From the NCBI GenBank assembly GCA_034439575.1, contig JAWXAQ010000025.1:1-12184 (forward strand): a stretch of DNA of 12,184 bases, given 5' to 3'. This DNA comes from Leptospira sp. (GTDB lineage Bacteria; Spirochaetota; Leptospiria; Leptospirales; Leptospiraceae). Shown here piece after piece: positions 8,185-12,184 of this stretch. The notes beneath the pieces were generated by a model. It saw nothing but the letters and a program-made list of their open reading frames with translations. It did not search any database and was not told where the DNA came from. The stretch's first letter is position 1, and every line of letters starts with the position of its first letter. The position numbers and the translations under genes were made by a program.

Positions 8185-9129
8185 TTAGGAAACTCCGTCA
8201 CGTGTCAGGTCAGCCATTTTGACATTTGCTTCTAAAATTTTTCGGACATTCCAAAATCCTAAGAAGCTGGTTAGGATCGCTTGGGCTTCCGCCCTTGACC
8301 ACTCATCCGAATCATCCTCAGGATGTTGAGACAAATGAACGATACGCTTTAGGGAATGATACGAATCGATCCATCTCTCCTTTCTAGAGAGTTCTTTGTT
8401 TGTCTTTCCGTCTGGCTTTCCTGCCGGTAAATCAAAAAGTTTTTCGAATAAATTCATCGCATCACGAATTTTAGATACAGAATTCTTCCAACCTAACGGT
8501 CCACCCCGGTAAAAGGAATCGATCGATTCCTGGACAACCGAGGAAATTCGTTTTAAATTTGGGTCGTCTTGAATTGGATTATTTAATTCAAACAAATGAA
8601 ATTCATAGAGTCCCAATTGATTGAGAAAATGGATCCATACTTGTTGAGGAATGGGATACTGAATTGTGAGATTGATATCAAAAGATCTTCCCTGTTCCTG
8701 AACTGTCCAGCTATCCAATATTTTCGTATAGGACGTAGAAAATATGAGTTCGAGATTCGCGATGATTTCACTTCCATTTCGCAAACGCTCCCATTCGATA
8801 ATATCCGTTACATTTGTTTCACAATTTAAATAGATTGTAAGATTGTCTCTGATCGCTGAATCAAAGATCTCTTGATTGGATAGATTTCCCAAACAATAAT
8901 TGATTTGGTAATTTTGATTCGTATTCAATCTTAAAGTTCCCCGGATATTTTGGATCAGGGAATACAAATGGGTATCATTTTTATAATGATTTAGATTGAG
9001 AACCAAAGGTAACTTAAAGAAAATTCGAGAATGTGACTTTTCGAATCGAATCGTTTCCAAATGTGGGAGCGAAAAGGATCCGATTTGATAGTTAGAATAT
9101 TGGAAGCTGTAATTATGATTTCCATTCAT
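8185..9129 (-). CDS. Hypothetical protein: beta-rich N-terminus plus putative C-terminal HEPN-like domain (314 aa)
   Basis: AGGA RBS, 15 nt after the fic stop. C-terminal helices WKNSVSKIRDAMNLFE...YHSLKRIVHLSQHP...WSRAEAQAIL contain Rx6H and a HEPN-like terminal helix. The ORF is secure; the domain call is tentative. Confidence 0.6.
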   Translation of the reverse strand: MNGNHNYSFQYSNYQIGSFSLPHLETIRFEKSHSRIFFKLPLVLNLNHYKNDTHLYSLIQNIRGTLRLNTNQNYQINYCLGNLSNQEIFDSAIRDNLTIYLNCETNVTDIIEWERLRNGSEIIANLELIFSTSYTKILDSWTVQEQGRSFDINLTIQYPIPQQVWIHFLNQLGLYEFHLFELNNPIQDDPNLKRISSVVQESIDSFYRGGPLGWKNSVSKIRDAMNLFEKLFDLPAGKPDGKTNKELSRKERWIDSYHSLKRIVHLSQHPEDDSDEWSRAEAQAILTSFLGFWNVRKILEANVKMADLTRDGVS

Positions 9130-9144
9130 CGATTGATTCCTAAT

Positions 9145-10275
9145 TTAAAATAAGTCCATATACTCATGAAAGAGAAACACTCGATTTCTTTGGTTTCCCG
9201 TGGTTTCTTTTAGAATTTTATTAGAAACAAACACATCCACCAAATCATTGCTAGCTTTAGTGGAAAGTCCAGTGAATACTTCTACATCTTTGATATTGAT
9301 CACTGGCTTTTGAAACAAGTAGTGAAAAAACTCGAGTGCAGTTTTTGAACGTTTCCCCATACTAAGTATAGTGTCTCTTTCAATCTTTGCTTTTAAATCG
9401 GTAATCTTTTTTAAAGTATTTACCGAACTCTCTGCAGTTTGAATCACGCCTGTCAAAAAGAACTTGATCCACTGTGCCAAATCGTTCTTCTCTCGTACGC
9501 GAGTTAGATTATCATAATATAAACTTTTATTTCTTTCAAAAAAATCGGAAAGGTAGAGTAGCGGTTTTTCTAATATCCCATTGGATACTAAATACAAAGT
9601 AATGAGGAGACGACCAATACGGCCATTACCGTCCAAAAATGGATGTATCGTTTCAAATTGGTAATGGGCAATGGCAATGCGGATCAAATGAGGTATACGA
9701 ATAGTAGCATTTTGCAAAAACAGTTCTAAATCTGATAATAACTCAGGCAATTCCGTGTGAGTCGGTGGAATAAAAATGGCATCGGCAAGGCTTGCACCTC
9801 CAATCCAATTTTGTGTAGATCGAAATTCACCAGGTAGTTTATGATCTCCCCTAGTGCTTGTTAGTAATATTTTATGAGTTTTGCGAATAAGCCTATTTGA
9901 CAAAGGAAATGATTTCAGCTCTTCGATGGCTGTGTTCATTGCCAATACGTAATTATTCACTTCCCTCCAATCATCACGTTTTTCAGGGGAAAGCTCTTTT
10001 TCTTCAACAAGTGCCTCTGCGATATTGGTTTGGGTTCCTTCGATGCGACTGGAAACGACTGCTTCCTTGAAAATATGCATCACAATAAACATGTCTATGT
10101 CAGGAACAAATCGAGAAAACGAATTCAATTCTCCCAATCGGAGAGATGCAGTTTCCAAAAGTTCATTGATGACATCATCCGTCCAAAAAAAAGAATGATT
10201 CACCTTTTCTGGCGAAAAATAGAAGTATTGAAATCCCTTCTTTTTCTTGCCTGCCTTGAAATCTTGAACGTTCAT
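9145..10275 (-). CDS. fic: Fic-family AMP transferase, class II (SoFic-like), with probable C-terminal winged HTH (376 aa)
   Basis: Canonical catalytic loop HPFLDGNGRIGR, N-terminal autoinhibitory motif SSRIEG matching (S/T)xxxE(G/N), and a wHTH-like tail (TGLSTKASNDLVDVFVSNKILKETTGNQRNRVF). Confidence 0.95.
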   Translation of the reverse strand: MNVQDFKAGKKKKGFQYFYFSPEKVNHSFFWTDDVINELLETASLRLGELNSFSRFVPDIDMFIVMHIFKEAVVSSRIEGTQTNIAEALVEEKELSPEKRDDWREVNNYVLAMNTAIEELKSFPLSNRLIRKTHKILLTSTRGDHKLPGEFRSTQNWIGGASLADAIFIPPTHTELPELLSDLELFLQNATIRIPHLIRIAIAHYQFETIHPFLDGNGRIGRLLITLYLVSNGILEKPLLYLSDFFERNKSLYYDNLTRVREKNDLAQWIKFFLTGVIQTAESSVNTLKKITDLKAKIERDTILSMGKRSKTALEFFHYLFQKPVINIKDVEVFTGLSTKASNDLVDVFVSNKILKETTGNQRNRVFLFHEYMDLF

Positions 10276-10302
10276 TTTTGCCCCAAAGTATCCTTATTTT
10301 TT

Positions 10303-10341
10303 CCTTAGTTTACTTTAGACCACTTTCCTACACTAAGGCAA
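10303..10341 (-). promoter_or_regulatory. Candidate internal sigma70 promoter for fic overlapped by an inverted repeat
   Basis: Minus strand TTGCCT (10341-10336), 18 nt, TAAAGT (10317-10312). Inverted repeat CCTTAGT (10303-10309) / ACTAAGG (10332-10338). Confidence 0.3.
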
Positions 10342-10344
10342 CCT

Positions 10345-11880
10345 TTAATTTACTTTCACCTTCGCCAAATTTTCCAAAATCAGTGCATTCAGTCGTGTTT
10401 CTTCTTTCAACTGCTCTTCAAATTCCGCTTTCAGAGTCGTAAACCGCTCCTTAAAATCGAAATCGTCTTCCTCATCGGGAAGTCCCACATACCGACCAGG
10501 TGTTAGCACATAGTCGAGTTCCTTCACTCGCGAAATTTGCGCCGAGTTACAAAAACCCTTGATGTCTTCGTATTTTTTGTCGGACTTTCGCCAATGGTGA
10601 TAAGTGTTCGCAACCTTCTGGATGTCCTCGGCTGTAAATTCTTTTGTCCTTCGATTAATCAAATAACCTTCGTTACGTGCATCAATGAATAATATCTCAT
10701 CCTTTCTCGAAGCTGGTTTGTTCCGATTTACAAACCACAAACAAGCAGGTATCTGTGTATTGAGAAATAGTTTAGCTGGTAAATTCACAATACAATCAAT
10801 AAGCCCTGCTTCGATCAGGGCTTTTCGTATCTCGCCTTCACCAGAGCTTTTAGAAGTAAGTGATCCCTTCGCGAGAACAAAGCCTGCAATCCCTTTCGGA
10901 CTGAGATGATAAAGAAAATGTTGGATCCACGCATAATTCGCGTTTCCCGAAGGCGGTGTTCCGTATTTCCAACGACCATCTGTACGCAATAAATCTCCCG
11001 ACCAATCGCTATCGTTGAACGGAGGATTGGCGATAACAAAGTCAGCTTTCAAATCTTTGTGAGCATCACTCAGAAAAGATCCTTCATTGTTCCATTTTAC
11101 TTGCGAACTATCAATCCCACGAATGGCAAGGTTCATCTTAGCAAGACGCCAAGTTGTTTGGTTACTTTCCTGCCCATAAATCGAGATATCATTTACTTTT
11201 CCACGGTGGCTTTCTACAAATTTCTCAGACTGTACAAACATTCCACCTGAGCCGCAACATGGATCAAATACGCGACCATGATTCGGTTCTAGCATCTCAA
11301 CTAAAAGTTCCACCACCGAACGAGGTGTATAAAACTGACCACCTTTCTTTCCTTCAGCGAGAGCAAATTCCCCTAGGAAATATTCAAATACATGTCCAAG
11401 CACATCCGCACTTCTTGCCTTCGCACTACCAAGTGCCACATTACCAATAAGATCAATGAGTCCACCCAGACTCGTAGGATCTAAATTTCCGCGTGCAAAT
11501 ACCTTGGGCAAAACATCCTTTAGCGTCGGATTTTCTTTTTCAATGGCATCCATAGCTTCATCAACATCTTTCCCGATGGTTGGAAGTTTTGCCTTAGTCT
11601 GTAAAAAGGACCACCGTGCCATCTCTGGTACAAAAAACACATTTTCTGCTTTGTATTCGTCCTTGTCCTCTGGATCGGAGCCAGCGTAGTCACCTTTACC
11701 AGAAATTAATTTATTATGAAGTTCTAAAAATGAATCTGAAATGTATTTAAGGAAAATTAGTCCAAGAACTATATGTTTGTATTCCGCGGCATCGATATTC
11801 TTTCGAAGTTTATCAGCCGTCTTCCAGAGTTGCTTCTCAATAGGTTCTTCGCTTGTAGAATTACTTTTGCCCTTTGCCAT
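10345..11880 (-). CDS. hsdM: Type I RM N6-adenine methyltransferase subunit M (511 aa)
   Basis: LWKTADKLR...[17 protein letters not shown]-terminus, [13 protein letters not shown]-binding motif [10 protein letters not shown], catalytic motif IV NPPF. I moved the start from TTG 11892 to ATG 11880 because GGAG (11890-11887) lies 6 nt upstream. Confidence 0.98.
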   Translation of the reverse strand: MAKGKSNSTSEEPIEKQLWKTADKLRKNIDAAEYKHIVLGLIFLKYISDSFLELHNKLISGKGDYAGSDPEDKDEYKAENVFFVPEMARWSFLQTKAKLPTIGKDVDEAMDAIEKENPTLKDVLPKVFARGNLDPTSLGGLIDLIGNVALGSAKARSADVLGHVFEYFLGEFALAEGKKGGQFYTPRSVVELLVEMLEPNHGRVFDPCCGSGGMFVQSEKFVESHRGKVNDISIYGQESNQTTWRLAKMNLAIRGIDSSQVKWNNEGSFLSDAHKDLKADFVIANPPFNDSDWSGDLLRTDGRWKYGTPPSGNANYAWIQHFLYHLSPKGIAGFVLAKGSLTSKSSGEGEIRKALIEAGLIDCIVNLPAKLFLNTQIPACLWFVNRNKPASRKDEILFIDARNEGYLINRRTKEFTAEDIQKVANTYHHWRKSDKKYEDIKGFCNSAQISRVKELDYVLTPGRYVGLPDEEDDFDFKERFTTLKAEFEEQLKEETRLNALILENLAKVKVN

Positions 11881-11964
11881 CATAAACTCCAATTACCGCA
11901 ATCTCTTCATATCACAGACGTTTAGCTACAAAATTAAAGTGTTATCGTTAAAATCAATAGGATT

Positions 11965-11973
11965 AGTTTAGCA
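11965..11973 (-). promoter_or_regulatory. Candidate extended -10 promoter for the hsdM operon
   Basis: TGcTAAACT on the minus strand about 85 nt upstream of hsdM and downstream of a terminator, so a promoter is expected in this interval. No good -35. Confidence 0.22.
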
Positions 11974-12031
11974 TTGCACTCGGACAAATTTTCCCCTGCT
12001 TTCGCAAGAAAGCCTCTTTCGTTTCACCCAC

Positions 12032-12066
12032 AAAATAAAAAAGCCCGCATCTTTCGACACGAGCTT
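12032..12066 (-). terminator. Rho-independent terminator for a transcript entering from the right
   Basis: Minus strand AAGCTCGTGTC-GAAA-GATGCGGGCTT-TTTTATTTT. The 11-bp stem pairs fully only on this strand (three G-U pairs), with a GAAA tetraloop and a U-tract. Confidence 0.8.
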
Positions 12067-12132
12067 CTTACTCTTCTAACAATTCTTATACGACAGAGTA
12101 TCCAATCTATGGGATGGCCAGTCGGAGCACAA

Positions 12133-12173
12133 GAGGCAAGTGACCTTGCCTCGACTGCGAGACTACAACTCGC
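12133..12173. repeat. Tandem short hairpins (REP-like cluster), may continue past the window edge
   Basis: GAGGCAAG-TGAC-CTTGCCTC (12133-12152, perfect 8 bp) and GCGAG-ACTACAA-CTCGC (12157-12173). Confidence 0.55.
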
Positions 12174-12184
12174 GAGCGTGATGC

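Noticed and set aside
6968-11971. Remaining short alternative-frame or antisense ORFs over hsdS, the cargo genes, fic and hsdM
   Set aside because: Shadow ORFs with no independent support.
12110-12184. tRNA 3' end on the minus strand (..CTCCGACTGGCCATCCCA)
   Set aside because: It ends in CCA, but there is no GTTCRA T-loop or cloverleaf within the window.

Overview
A minus-strand defence island built on a complete Type I restriction-modification system. Gene order 5'->3': hsdM, fic, 314-aa HEPN-like protein, 179-aa membrane-anchored protein, hsdS, 262-aa HEPN-like protein, GHKL-type ATPase/kinase, STAS-like protein, PIN nuclease, hsdR. Seven accessory genes are nested between the hsd genes, and from fic to PIN every gene abuts, overlaps or lies within 15 nt of the next. 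The best candidate for an uncharacterised system is the three-gene kinase-STAS-PIN module (3909-5692), which looks like an RsbW/RsbV (SpoIIAB/SpoIIAA) partner switch wired to a ribonuclease instead of a sigma factor. The left flank carries a truncated 23S rRNA 3'-end fragment interrupted by small hairpin inserts, followed by a structured palindromic element. The right flank has an intrinsic terminator and a hairpin cluster. The flanks remind me of Leptospira intergenic DNA, which is unverified. All family calls come from motif reading, not database searches.
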